The notes: generated from the sequence alone by a model not told the origin. Positions 19,286 to 28,794 are shown, counted from the stretch's first letter. The stretch is DNA of 64,000 nt from an uncultured delta proteobacterium (GCA_963827685.1 CAWHBU010000003.1:864001-928000); one strand, 5' to 3'. Numbers and translations: made by a program.

Positions 19286-20056
19286 TCACCTGCCGTGGTC
19301 CTTCACGGAACGATTAATCTCTTGTGCCGTTTTCCGAATCTCCAGGATCACCTTCTCCATTTTCTCATCATTGAGGCTTGAAGTGAATCCCACCACCCAG
19401 ATCGCAGCCGGAGGAAGTAAAGCCGTTTGAATGGGTGCGGCGACCGCTCTTACACCAGGAAGATATTCCTCATCATCAATCGCACAACCTTTTTTCTTCG
19501 TTTCTTCAAGTTCTTTAAAAAATTTTTTCGGATCGACAATCGACTTTGAAGTATATCTTTTTAACCCCATCTTCTGCAGAATTTCCTTAACCTTCTTCTC
19601 CTCAAATTGAGCGAGAAAAATCTTCCCGATCGCTCCAGCCAGAAGTGGAAGCCTGGTCCCCGGGGGCGACGTAATCTTCATCTCACGATACGATTCCACC
19701 ACATCCAAAATCGTGATGTGATCCCCGTTCATGATCCCCAGAAAAACGCTCTCCTCAACCTTTTCCATCAGCTTTTCCATGGGGATTCTGGCAATATCCC
19801 TCAATTCCATCCTTCTATAGAACTTGCGATTGAGTTCCAAAAGGGAATATCCCAACTGATATTTCTTGTGAAGGGGGTCCCGCACCAAAAGGCCTAACTC
19901 TACTAAAGCAGCTGTGACCCCGTGGACCGTGCTTTTCCCGATTTTCAATTTTTTCGCGATCTCACTGATCCCGAAACCGTTTTTGGAATCGGAAACGGTT
20001 TGTAAGATTCTAAAGGCTTTTTTTACGGACGGTGCAGAATAAGAATTTTTTCCCAT
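19286..20056 (-). CDS. IclR-family transcriptional regulator
   Basis: SVKKAFRIL, HTH KSTVH, AGAIGK, GVRAVAAPI. Confidence 0.9.
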   Translation of the reverse strand: MGKNSYSAPSVKKAFRILQTVSDSKNGFGISEIAKKLKIGKSTVHGVTAALVELGLLVRDPLHKKYQLGYSLLELNRKFYRRMELRDIARIPMEKLMEKVEESVFLGIMNGDHITILDVVESYREMKITSPPGTRLPLLAGAIGKIFLAQFEEKKVKEILQKMGLKRYTSKSIVDPKKFFKELEETKKKGCAIDDEEYLPGVRAVAAPIQTALLPPAAIWVVGFTSSLNDEKMEKVILEIRKTAQEINRSVKDHGR

Positions 20057-20074
20057 TGTTCAACTTGCTGAACA
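20057..20074. promoter_or_regulatory. TGTTCA-N6-TGAACA operator 1 (at the iclR start)
   Basis: TGTTCA-ACTTGC-TGAACA. Confidence 0.65.
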
Positions 20075-20187
20075 CATTTTGAGCAAACTTAACAGGATCA
20101 TTGACTTATGTCAATATAATCTATTAGAATTCTATTCAAATACTTGACAAGAATGATTTGTGTGCTATCCTTTCTACTAGGACTGCT

Positions 20188-20205
20188 TGTTCACTATGGA
20201 GAACT
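20188..20205. promoter_or_regulatory. TGTTCA-N6-TGAACA operator 2 (before the nrfD-like gene)
   Basis: TGTTCA-CTATGG-AGAACT, downstream of TTGACA(20144)-16-TATCCT. Confidence 0.55.
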
Positions 20206-20267
20206 ATTGATCCAGGGGTCATAATCCAAAGGAGCCTTCAAAGTAATTTCTGAGACATGATACTCGT

Positions 20268-21275
20268 ATGATTACCGACCCCACACTTCCCATTGGAAAC
20301 CCCAAAGTTCAGCGACCCCAGAGAGAGTGGGGGTGGGAGATTGCCATCTATCTCTATATGGCAGGTATGGGGGCGGGGTCCTTTGTTGTAGGGATGTTCA
20401 CAAATTGGCTTGAGAATCCCTCCATCACGATTCAAGTCTGGGGTTTTTCTTTCGATATCGCCAAATTCGCCCTTTTTGGCGGACCTATCCTCGTTGCCAT
20501 GGGTGCCCCCTTCCTCATTATGGATCTTGGAATAAAAAGAAGATTCCTTTACGCCTGTCTCAACCCAAGATCCTCTTGGGTAGCCCGCGGGTTCCTCATT
20601 CTTTCCACCTTTATCGTTCTCGGATTAGCCGTCTTAGTCATTTCCTTTTTTTATCCAACTGTATTTATTAAAAGACCAGCCTCTTGGCTGGCCTTAGAGA
20701 TCCTCAGTCTTGTTTTCGCCTTTGCAACCGCCATCTATACGGGTGTTCTCCTGAAATCGGTCAAATATGTGTCCCTCTGGAACACTCCCCTTCTCCCGAT
20801 CCTATTCTTGGTTTCCGCTCTCTCCACAGGAACGCTGGTCCTCCTGCTCTCCACTCTTGGATATGGATACTTGGTCCCACGTGGAGAATGGTTCTACAAG
20901 ATGATAGATCTATGGGTCTGTTTTGGACAAATACTGATTCTCATAGAGTGTTTTGTGCTCGCTCTCTACTTTATGGTTTACCGGAAAGACGATCGAGAAC
21001 CAAGCCAGGTGTATCATTTCGTATTAAGAGAAATAGGATGGCTGATCTGTGGGGGCATTGCCTTATTTCTATATGCTTATTTTTTCAAACATCCCATTCT
21101 TTTAATAGCTGCTGGCCTATTTCTGTTTATCGGAGGGTTCTCTCTTCGATTGCAGGTTCTCGCCCAGGGGGTAAAAGAACAGCCTCCTATGTATCGATGG
21201 ATTGAAATGATGGCAAACATCAGGTCTTCGGAAAGGGTTGATCACCAAGTGAGAAAGTCGTTATGGCGGGGGTGA
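20268..21275 (+). CDS. NrfD/PsrC-family integral membrane protein
   Basis: WGWEIAIYLYMAGMGAG, DLG...NPRSSWVARG, YTGVLL, W...LP; many TM segments. Confidence 0.85.
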   Translation: MITDPTLPIGNPKVQRPQREWGWEIAIYLYMAGMGAGSFVVGMFTNWLENPSITIQVWGFSFDIAKFALFGGPILVAMGAPFLIMDLGIKRRFLYACLNPRSSWVARGFLILSTFIVLGLAVLVISFFYPTVFIKRPASWLALEILSLVFAFATAIYTGVLLKSVKYVSLWNTPLLPILFLVSALSTGTLVLLLSTLGYGYLVPRGEWFYKMIDLWVCFGQILILIECFVLALYFMVYRKDDREPSQVYHFVLREIGWLICGGIALFLYAYFFKHPILLIAAGLFLFIGGFSLRLQVLAQGVKEQPPMYRWIEMMANIRSSERVDHQVRKSLWRG

Positions 21276-21289
21276 TGAGGATTTTTTCA

Positions 21290-21775
21290 ATGCTTGAGAA
21301 GGTATTGGTCATAGATCTTGAGCGATGTACGGGTTGCCGGCAGTGTGAGATGGTTTGCTCGGTGTTTCATACAGGCGCAAGCAATCCAAGCCGTTCCCGC
21401 ATCAAAGTTATCAAGTGGGAGAATGTCGGGGTGTACCTTCCGATGGCCTGCAACCATTGTGAACAAGCCTATTGCGTGGAGGTATGCCCGACCAAAGCCT
21501 GTCACAGGGAACCTGTAAATCATAACCGAGTGATGATCGATAAAAAACGGTGCATCGGATGCAGGACCTGCATCCTTGCTTGCCCTTTTGGTCATCCGTT
21601 CTTTGATGTGCAGGAACGGGTGACGGTGAAGTGCGACTACTGTGACGGAGATCCTCAGTGTGTTCGTTTCTGCGAGGTCAAGGCCATTTCTTTCACGGAT
21701 GCGGATAAGGCAAACATCTCCAGAAGACGAGAATTCGCCAACAAGTTGGCCGATCTCATGAGACAGGGAAAGTAA
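21290..21775 (+). CDS. 4Fe-4S dicluster electron-transfer subunit
   Basis: Four cluster motifs CTGCRQC, CNHC, CIGCRTC, KCDYC. Confidence 0.9.
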   Translation: MLEKVLVIDLERCTGCRQCEMVCSVFHTGASNPSRSRIKVIKWENVGVYLPMACNHCEQAYCVEVCPTKACHREPVNHNRVMIDKKRCIGCRTCILACPFGHPFFDVQERVTVKCDYCDGDPQCVRFCEVKAISFTDADKANISRRREFANKLADLMRQGK

Positions 21776-21807
21776 GTAAGAACCATTCAGATCTGTTCGT
21801 AGAACCC

Positions 21808-21890
21808 TTGGTTCCTTGTGTTACTTGGGTTGCTTGGGTTCTTTGGGCTTCTTGCGTTAACCCAACAAACCCAATAAGCCCAATAAACTA
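21808..21890. repeat. Inverted 9-mer repeat array (TTGGGTT / AACCCAA)
   Basis: GTTACTTGGGTTGCTTGGGTTCTTTGGGCTT faces AACCCAACAAACCCAATAAGCCCAATAAAC. Confidence 0.7.
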
Positions 21891-22025
21891 CTGTGGCTCA
21901 TTCCAGGCATGTTTTAGTCGTTCACGATTGTGACCCCGACTCTGTCACAGAGACAAAGGTTGTCCTTGACAAAGAAACAAATGTGCTTTATTTATTTGCT
22001 TATAGTTAGTCTGTTCCGCTTCGGT

Positions 22026-22043
22026 TGTTCACTATTGTGAACA
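22026..22043. promoter_or_regulatory. TGTTCA-N6-TGAACA operator 3 (before the AOR operon)
   Basis: TGTTCA-CTATTG-TGAACA. Confidence 0.65.
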
Positions 22044-22112
22044 TTGCTCAAAAGGTGCTGAGTTCTGCAATACTTCTATCATTCATTCCTTGTATTGACA
22101 AAGGAGGTTGAT

Positions 22113-22391
22113 ATGGGAAACGAGAAAGAAGGACTTTCAACGGCTGAGAGTCTGCGAAAGACTCGCACCTATGGCCAGGTGAGGTGCCATAATCCCAGTT
22201 GCATGGGAAGACTACAGCCAGAGTCAGGGGCGAATCAAGTGAAATGTCCTGCTTGTGGGATGGAATATCGCCTGGTCTGGCTCAAAAGTGGTTTTCCGCG
22301 TATCAGAGGCCCGGTGTGGGATGTAAACAAAAGATTAGCCGATGAGGAGTTCGAGAGAAAAATGAAGGAGGTTAAGAAAGATGGCCCTTAA
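22113..22391 (+). CDS. Small zinc-ribbon-like protein
   Basis: CHNPSC...CPAC; AAGGAGG SD; overlaps the start of the AOR gene. Confidence 0.7.
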   Translation: MGNEKEGLSTAESLRKTRTYGQVRCHNPSCMGRLQPESGANQVKCPACGMEYRLVWLKSGFPRIRGPVWDVNKRLADEEFERKMKEVKKDGP

Positions 22392-24321
22392 TAGGAAGTT
22401 GGCAATTATTGATCTCTCCACAGGTAAAATAGAAATCAAGTCCATCCCGATTGAGGTCCGGAAAAAATTCCTGGGGGGCCGGGGACTCGATGCCTATCTG
22501 CTTTATAATCACACAAAACAAGGATGCGACCCTCTTGGTCCTGACAACACAGTCATGGTGAGTGGCGGATTTTTGGCGGCCACATTGGCTTCAGCAACCG
22601 CCAGAACCCATGTGATGGCTAAATCTCCGCTCGGAGGCATGCTGGGGAGTTGCAACATGGGAGGGTTCTTCGCTCCTGAGTTGGCCTGGGCAGGCTTCCA
22701 TCATCTCGTCATCAAGGGTAAAGCAGAAAGGCCGGTCTACTTATGGATCCACAATGGCAAAATTGAGATCCGTGATGCCAAAAATATTTGGGGGAAAACG
22801 GTCACGGATGCCCAATGGGCGATCCGGGATGATCTGGGAGATGAAGACGTCAAGAGTCTGGTCATCGGTCCGGCCGGTGAAAATCTCGTCAGGTTTGCCA
22901 ATGTCATGACCGGAATTAAGAATTCGGGCGGAAGAACCGGTATGGGAGCGGTCATGGGTTCAAAAAATTTGAAGGCCATTGCTGCCCGGGGCACCATGGA
23001 TATAAAAATCGCCTATCCAAGGGAAGCCCTCGATTACAACAAACGCTTTATTGACCAAATTACGAGCGCTAAGGTGAATCAAACTCAGGGGGCCCTCGGA
23101 ACCCCCTTTATTTGGGGAGCCACCAACTGCTGGGGGGGTGTCCGAACCAGAAACTTTCAGTATAACCAAATGCTCTACTGTGACGAAGTTGAGCCGGAAT
23201 CGATCGATGAGAATTGTACAGAGACGATCGGTCCCTACCACATGACAGGCTGCTTTGGTTGCCAGGTACACTGCCGGGCCAAGTATAAAATTCCTACCGG
23301 GCCCTATACGGGAAAATATGACGAGGGTCCCGAATATACGTCCCAGGGCGCCTTTTCTTCAGAGCCGGATATTCCAAGCCTGGAGAACCTATTGGTGGCA
23401 AATCACCTGGTCAATCAGTGGGGCGTGGATAATCTGGAAATCGGGAGCATCATCTCTTGGGCAATGGAGCTCTATGAGTTGGGAATTCTTACCAACAAAG
23501 AGACCGATGGCCTCGAATTGCGGTTTGGCAGCAGCGAGGCTCTCTTAGAGATGATTGAGCGTATCTGCTTTAGAAAGGGCTGGCTAGGTAATGTCTTGGC
23601 TGACGGGGGAATCATCGCTTCTGAAAAGATTGGAAAGAATTCATTTGACTACCTGATTCAGGTAAAAGGGGTAAACAATCTTCACTCTGATGAGCGAGCA
23701 ACGCCCGCCCTTGCGCTGAATATTGCGACCGCTTCCCGTGGTTCAGACCACTTAAGAAGCCGCCCTGCGATCGACCTGTACCATTTACCGGAAGAGGTGA
23801 TGAGAAAAATCTACGGCAACCCAGTCCCTTACGACGGACCCTTGAGTTCAGAGCATACGGAATACATTGGCAAGCCGTGGCAGGTCTTCTGGCAGGAGAA
23901 CTGTTATATGGCCGTGGATTGCCTCGGCATCTGTAAATATCACACGGTCTTCCTGGGGGCGACACTTCCGAATTTTGAAGATTGGTCGAAAGTGCTTTAC
24001 TACAATACGGGACTGGAGTTTACTCCCCGGGAAATTTGGGACATTGCTGAGCGATGTAACATGATCGAGCGCCTCTTTAACCTCCGCGAAGGTTTGCAGA
24101 GAGAGGATCTCAAGAAGGGCGATATGCTTAATCACCGCTACTTCGATGAACCCGTCCGAAGGGGCGCTCCCGATGTCGTGGGAACAGTCATCGATCGAGA
24201 AAAATTCAAGAAGATGGTTGATGAATTTTACGAATACAAGGGCCTTGATCGGGATGGCGTCCCGAAGCCGGAAACGCTTAAGAGGCTTGGCCTGGAAAAT
24301 GAGCCTTCCCACTTGCTGTAA
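22381..24321 (+). CDS. Aldehyde:ferredoxin oxidoreductase-family (W/Mo-bis-pterin) catalytic subunit
   Basis: LGGRGL, KSPL, GRTGMGAVMGSKNLKAI, CFGCQVHC, GPEY, DCLGIC, ERLFNLREG. Confidence 0.9.
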   Translation: MALNRKLAIIDLSTGKIEIKSIPIEVRKKFLGGRGLDAYLLYNHTKQGCDPLGPDNTVMVSGGFLAATLASATARTHVMAKSPLGGMLGSCNMGGFFAPELAWAGFHHLVIKGKAERPVYLWIHNGKIEIRDAKNIWGKTVTDAQWAIRDDLGDEDVKSLVIGPAGENLVRFANVMTGIKNSGGRTGMGAVMGSKNLKAIAARGTMDIKIAYPREALDYNKRFIDQITSAKVNQTQGALGTPFIWGATNCWGGVRTRNFQYNQMLYCDEVEPESIDENCTETIGPYHMTGCFGCQVHCRAKYKIPTGPYTGKYDEGPEYTSQGAFSSEPDIPSLENLLVANHLVNQWGVDNLEIGSIISWAMELYELGILTNKETDGLELRFGSSEALLEMIERICFRKGWLGNVLADGGIIASEKIGKNSFDYLIQVKGVNNLHSDERATPALALNIATASRGSDHLRSRPAIDLYHLPEEVMRKIYGNPVPYDGPLSSEHTEYIGKPWQVFWQENCYMAVDCLGICKYHTVFLGATLPNFEDWSKVLYYNTGLEFTPREIWDIAERCNMIERLFNLREGLQREDLKKGDMLNHRYFDEPVRRGAPDVVGTVIDREKFKKMVDEFYEYKGLDRDGVPKPETLKRLGLENEPSHLL

Positions 24322-24325
24322 TACA

Positions 24326-24418
24326 AGCGAATTTAGCGAATGGCAGCGAAATAATCGAACTTTAAGTAGTTCTTTTAGTTAATTCGCCAAATTCGGTTTG
24401 ATTCGTGTAATTCGCTCA
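24326..24418. repeat. Inverted 9-10-mer repeat array (GCGAAT / ATTCGC)
   Basis: AGCGAATTTAGCGAATGGCAGCGAAA faces ATTCGCCAAATTCGGTTTGATTCGTGTAATTCGCT. Confidence 0.7.
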
Positions 24419-24437
24419 CTATGAAAGGAGAGGGCTA

Positions 24438-24947
24438 ATGGAACCCATGGGTAAAGTTCTTGCAATCAGTCCTGAGAAATGCACTGGCTGTAGGCTGTGT
24501 GAGCTTGTCTGCTCGGTTTTCCATGATGGCGTATCGAATGCGAATCGGAGCCGGATAAAAATTGTTAAATGGGAGTCAGAAGGCCTTTACATCCCCATGT
24601 GCTGCCAACAGTGTCAGGATGCCCCGTGTATGACGGTTTGCCCGGTGAAGGCCATCACCCGGGATGAGAAACTCAGTCGGGTGACGGTGAATCACAATGT
24701 GTGCATTGGATGCCGTTCCTGCGTGGCGGTTTGCCCTTTTGGTGCGATGAATTTCAACGTCATTGACCGAAAGAATTTCAAGTGCGACCTCTGCGACGGG
24801 GATCCGCAGTGCGTTCGTTTCTGCGAACTCAAAGCCGTGGATTATGTGGAGGCGGACCGGGTGAGTGGTTTGAAAAAGAAGGCGGCCGCCGAGAAAATCT
24901 CCGCTGCTCGAAGAGAGGCTGCCGCATTAGAGTCAGAATCCCGCTGA
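24438..24947 (+). CDS. 4Fe-4S dicluster subunit (paralog of 21290-21775)
   Basis: CTGCRLCELVCS, CQQC, CIGCRSC, KCDLC. Confidence 0.9.
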   Translation: MEPMGKVLAISPEKCTGCRLCELVCSVFHDGVSNANRSRIKIVKWESEGLYIPMCCQQCQDAPCMTVCPVKAITRDEKLSRVTVNHNVCIGCRSCVAVCPFGAMNFNVIDRKNFKCDLCDGDPQCVRFCELKAVDYVEADRVSGLKKKAAAEKISAARREAAALESESR

Positions 24948-24986
24948 GGCTCCCCCTCCTGCAACCCCGAATTCCGGCGTGAGCCG

Positions 24987-25928
24987 TCAGACCGGTTTGA
25001 ATGCCTCGAGGTTTTCGAGAAAATCGAGCATCTTCAGGTAAAGAAGGTCCCTCTTCCTGAGAATCTCTTCTTCACTTCGTCCGCCATAATCGTAGATCCC
25101 TTTGGAAGTCCTTGCACCCAGATGCCCCTGCTTCACCTTTTCTTCAATGAGGGGGTTATCCGTCCCCGAGCTTTTTGTGATGTCATAAACCAAATTAAGT
25201 CCGGTAAAATCCAGGCTCTGGACGATGCCCACGATGGGCAGGCGGATTCCCAGACTGGTCTTCACGGCGAGATCAATTTGGTCGGGAGTGGCCCACCCGT
25301 TCCTCATCATCTCCATAGCCGCCGAGATCATTGCGTTCTGAATTCGGTTGACAATGAAACGCTTGACGAATTGTTTCATGACCAACGGTTTTTTGCCGAT
25401 CCTCTCCATCAGTGTTGCGGCAAATTGCAGAACATCGGGAGCAGTCGCTGGTCCAGGAACCACTTCCACCAGGGGAATGATATGCGGAGGAGCAAACCAG
25501 TGGGTAACCACAACGCGGGAAGGATTTTTGACCTCTATGATGTTGAAGATTTCCAAACCTGAGGTGTTGCTGGCTAGGACCGTTTTTTCAGGGCAGGCTG
25601 CTTCCAATTGGGCAAAGACTTTTTTCTTCACTTCAGGAATTTCGACCACCGCTTCCAAAACGAAATCAACCTCCTTGACTGCACTTGCCAGGTCGGTCAT
25701 GGGACGGATGCGCTCCAAAATAACAGGGATCTCCTGAGAATTCACCCGTCCGTATTCGGACAGGGTCTGAAGATTCGACTTCACCAACTTGAGCGCATGA
25801 GCCAGAAGCTCATTCTTTAAATCAACCAAATGTACCAGAATGCCGGCCTGGGCGAAGACCTGAGCGATGGAATGACCCATCACCCCGGCCCCGATCACAG
25901 CGGCCCGTTTAACATTTTGGGGATCCAC
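24987..25928 (-). CDS. 3-hydroxyacyl-CoA dehydrogenase family protein
   Basis: GAGVMG, ASNTS, HWFAPPHIIPLVE. Confidence 0.85.
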   Translation of the reverse strand: MDPQNVKRAAVIGAGVMGHSIAQVFAQAGILVHLVDLKNELLAHALKLVKSNLQTLSEYGRVNSQEIPVILERIRPMTDLASAVKEVDFVLEAVVEIPEVKKKVFAQLEAACPEKTVLASNTSGLEIFNIIEVKNPSRVVVTHWFAPPHIIPLVEVVPGPATAPDVLQFAATLMERIGKKPLVMKQFVKRFIVNRIQNAMISAAMEMMRNGWATPDQIDLAVKTSLGIRLPIVGIVQSLDFTGLNLVYDITKSSGTDNPLIEEKVKQGHLGARTSKGIYDYGGRSEEEILRKRDLLYLKMLDFLENLEAFKPV

Positions 25929-26038
25929 TCATAGCCTCCTTGTTTTTCGCGTAAAATGGGTAACGAAGTATTTTCCCTATAACACAATATAAGGTATTCG
26001 TTTTCAACACTCCTTTTGCCTTTGGCCTTTGATGCCGC

Positions 26039-26311
26039 TTATCCTCCAGCGAGCATCACGACCAGGTGAATCTCGTCACCATCCTTAACGGGCTTAACGA
26101 GTTCGTTCGGATACGCACTGGTATGATTTACAAAAACTTCAACGACGTTGAGCAGTTTATCTTTTTTGGCAAACAGGGCCTTCTCCATTCCAGGGAACTG
26201 CTTGATGAGCTGATTCAGACATTCACCCACTGTTCTTCCCTCTACCGCTACCATCTCCAAGCCATTGGTGAATTGACGATGAGTTTTATGAATGTGAACA
26301 TTAACAGGCAT
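26039..26311 (-). CDS. MoaD/ThiS-family sulfur carrier
   Basis: 90 aa, ubiquitin-like, C-terminal AGG. Confidence 0.85.
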   Translation of the reverse strand: MPVNVHIHKTHRQFTNGLEMVAVEGRTVGECLNQLIKQFPGMEKALFAKKDKLLNVVEVFVNHTSAYPNELVKPVKDGDEIHLVVMLAGG

Positions 26312-26340
26312 ATTTACCCCTTTCCTGCCAATTCGAACGC

Positions 26341-26427
26341 CCCTCTCACCCTAACTCCCCTTCATCCCCCTCTTGTAACCCCCCTCTATTCCCCCCTTAA
26401 ATTAAGGGGGGATGAAGGGGGGTTATA
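26341..26427. repeat. GC-rich REP-like palindrome
   Basis: TAACCCCCCTCTATTCCCCCCTTAA-A-TTAAGGGGGGATGAAGGGGGGTTA; related C/G-run palindromes near 2243-2270 and 38320-38374. Confidence 0.55.
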
Positions 26428-26436
26428 GTGATTCGT

Positions 26437-27582
26437 TTATTTCGATTTTAAGAGCGTATGGGCCACCACCATCCTCTGGATTTGATTCGTTCCTTCAAAA
26501 ATCTGGATGACCTTTGCATCTCTCATCATTCTTTCCACCGGATGATTCCTGGTAAGACCTTGCCATTGCAAGATCTGGACAGCATCGGTCGTCACTTTCA
26601 TGGCCACATCCGAAGCGAAGTATTTGGACATCGCGGAGAACATCTGAACCGGAGTGCCCTTCACCTTTTCATCCATCATATTCGCCGCCTTATAGACAAG
26701 CGCTCTGGATGCCTCAATCTCAACAGCCATATCCGCCAGCATCAATGGAACTCCCAGGCTGTTTCCCTTTCCCCTTGCCCAGCCTTCTTCCTTACCAAAC
26801 CGAATGAGATAATCCAAGGCACCTTGAGCCAAACCCACCGCTTGGGCCCCAATGGCCGGCCTTGAACGATTTAGCGTTCTCATCATTTGCCACCAGCCTG
26901 CTCCTTCATCTCCAATCCTTTGGGCAACGGGAACCTTGACATCCTCAAAAATGACTTCCGTGGTATTGGAACCTCGAATGCCCATCTTTTCTTCCGCCTT
27001 TCCGACGGAAAGGCCGGGAGTTCCTTTTTCCACCACGAAGCCTGTTATTCCTTCTATTTTGTTACCAGAATGAGTCGTAGTAAAGACCGTATAGAAATCA
27101 GCGACGCCACCGTTCGTGATGAAGCATTTTTGCCCGTTGATGACATAATGGTCACCTTTTAATATGGCTTTCGTTTGGACAGACGCCGCATCCGAACCCG
27201 CTTCAGGTTCGGTCAAGCAAAAACAAATCAGACCTCTCTCTCTGGCCAATCTGGGCAACACCTTCTCCTTCAGTTCATTGCCCCCTCCTAAAACCACAGG
27301 CATCGTCCCCACCGCCTGAACGATCACGAGGAGGGCAGAAGAAGCACAGATGTTGGCAATCTCTTCTGTAACCAAACAGAAAGAAGTAATATCCGTATCC
27401 ATTCCTCCGTACTCTTTGGGAATGAGGAGGCTCAAAAAACCATACTTGGAATACACTTCGGCGAGATCCCAAGCAAATTCGCCCTTGGCATCGATCTCTG
27501 CTGCCCGCGGGGCGATAACATTCTTGGCGACTTCTCTGGCCTTCGTTCTCCAACTTTCTCTTTGTTGTTCGATATCATTCAT
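26437..27582 (-). CDS. Acyl-CoA dehydrogenase family protein with atypical C-terminal motifs
   Basis: LTEPEAGSD, NGQKCFITNG, KMGIRGS, QIFEGTNQIQR. Confidence 0.85.
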   Translation of the reverse strand: MNDIEQQRESWRTKAREVAKNVIAPRAAEIDAKGEFAWDLAEVYSKYGFLSLLIPKEYGGMDTDITSFCLVTEEIANICASSALLVIVQAVGTMPVVLGGGNELKEKVLPRLARERGLICFCLTEPEAGSDAASVQTKAILKGDHYVINGQKCFITNGGVADFYTVFTTTHSGNKIEGITGFVVEKGTPGLSVGKAEEKMGIRGSNTTEVIFEDVKVPVAQRIGDEGAGWWQMMRTLNRSRPAIGAQAVGLAQGALDYLIRFGKEEGWARGKGNSLGVPLMLADMAVEIEASRALVYKAANMMDEKVKGTPVQMFSAMSKYFASDVAMKVTTDAVQILQWQGLTRNHPVERMMRDAKVIQIFEGTNQIQRMVVAHTLLKSK

Positions 27583-27603
27583 GGGCCCACACTCCTCAGT
27601 GCT

Positions 27604-28344
27604 CTACATATTCGACCCGCCGGAGACATCCACCGTAGCTCCGGTCATGAAACTCGCTTCATCCGATGCCAGGAAAGCCACGACATTGGCAACTTCCTCG
27701 GGTTGGCCAATCCGACCAAGGGGAGTATGATCGAGAATTAATTTTTTGTATTTCTCAGCCATTTTGGCAATGGTGGGGGTTAAAATCAATCCTGGCACAA
27801 CCACGTTGACATTGATCTGATAACGGCCGAGTTCCCTGGCAATGCTCTTCGTCAGACCGATTATCCCTGCTTTCGCAGCACTGTAACTGATCGCGGCCAT
27901 TCCCCCACTTTTCCCGTAAATGGAAGAAATATTTATGATCTTGCCGTATCGATTCTCGATCATATGAGGAGCAACGGCTTGAATACAATTCAGGGTCCCT
28001 TTCAGGTGGACGCCCAATACGGCATCCCAATCCTCCTCTTTCACTTTCAGAAGCGTCGCCCCTCGGTCAAATCCTGCATTGTTGACTAAGATATCGATCC
28101 TTTTCCAGACACCCAATACCTGCTTTACCATGTTCTGGACCGATCTTTGATCTGATACATCCACGGCAACGAACATGGCTTTTCTACCCAGAGCCTCAAT
28201 CTCTCTCGTCGTTTGACCACCGGTATCAGGATTCAGCTCAGCAATGACCACATCCGCTCCTCCTTGGGCCACCTTCAATGCAATGCTCCGACCGATCCCC
28301 TGCCCTGCTCCGGTGACAATCGCCTTCTTGTCTTTCAGTCTCAT
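27604..28344 (-). CDS. SDR-family oxidoreductase (FabG-like)
   Basis: TGAGQGIG, NNAG, YSAAK. Confidence 0.9.
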   Translation of the reverse strand: MRLKDKKAIVTGAGQGIGRSIALKVAQGGADVVIAELNPDTGGQTTREIEALGRKAMFVAVDVSDQRSVQNMVKQVLGVWKRIDILVNNAGFDRGATLLKVKEEDWDAVLGVHLKGTLNCIQAVAPHMIENRYGKIINISSIYGKSGGMAAISYSAAKAGIIGLTKSIARELGRYQINVNVVVPGLILTPTIAKMAEKYKKLILDHTPLGRIGQPEEVANVVAFLASDEASFMTGATVDVSGGSNM

Positions 28345-28444
28345 CTCTCCACCTTAGGAGACTAAAATATCTCTAAGTTGTTAAACTTTCAAAATTTCAA
28401 AAATTCTAACAGATGGGCCTATGGTCGTCAATCTGTTTGTTATT

Positions 28445-28718
28445 CTTGCCCTCCCCCAGTTTTTTAGAAGCTCTGAGCTTTTTAGGAACATGTTACCTGG
28501 CCGAGCCCCTCAGAGAGGCTTCACAGGCCGCACCGCTCTGCGCCTAGGCACATGGATCTCAACGTTATAAGCAAGTCCCCCATGTTCCTCGGTCGGGTTA
28601 CAAAATACTCTCTAAGAAATCGGCCTTATGAAGCCATGAAGAGGGGGTTGGCCAGGGGGCATGTTCCATTTATTCCACCAAACCTGGAGGGGGTAAGGAA
28701 AAACTGGGGGTGGGCAAG
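28445..28718 (+). other. Nested rod-like structured element (ncRNA or MITE-like)
   Basis: 20-bp outer IR (28445-28464 / 28699-28718) plus three nested inner stems containing G-U pairs on the + strand. Confidence 0.55.
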
Positions 28719-28794
28719 GTTTGTTATTAAAAAGAAGTAGGTTGGAAAAAGAAAAGGTGGGTTTGGGAGGTCAAAGAGAGACCTCCCCTTTGGA

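Noticed and set aside
22381-24321. Class II benzoyl-CoA reductase BamB
   Set aside because: AOR family and near had/oah/dch, but the N-terminus does not resemble BamB as I recall it and no bamC-I (Hdr/Nuo-like) genes are present; needs phylogeny.
20268-24947. Selenocysteine read-through in the redox genes
   Set aside because: No in-frame TGA interrupting a conserved domain was seen.
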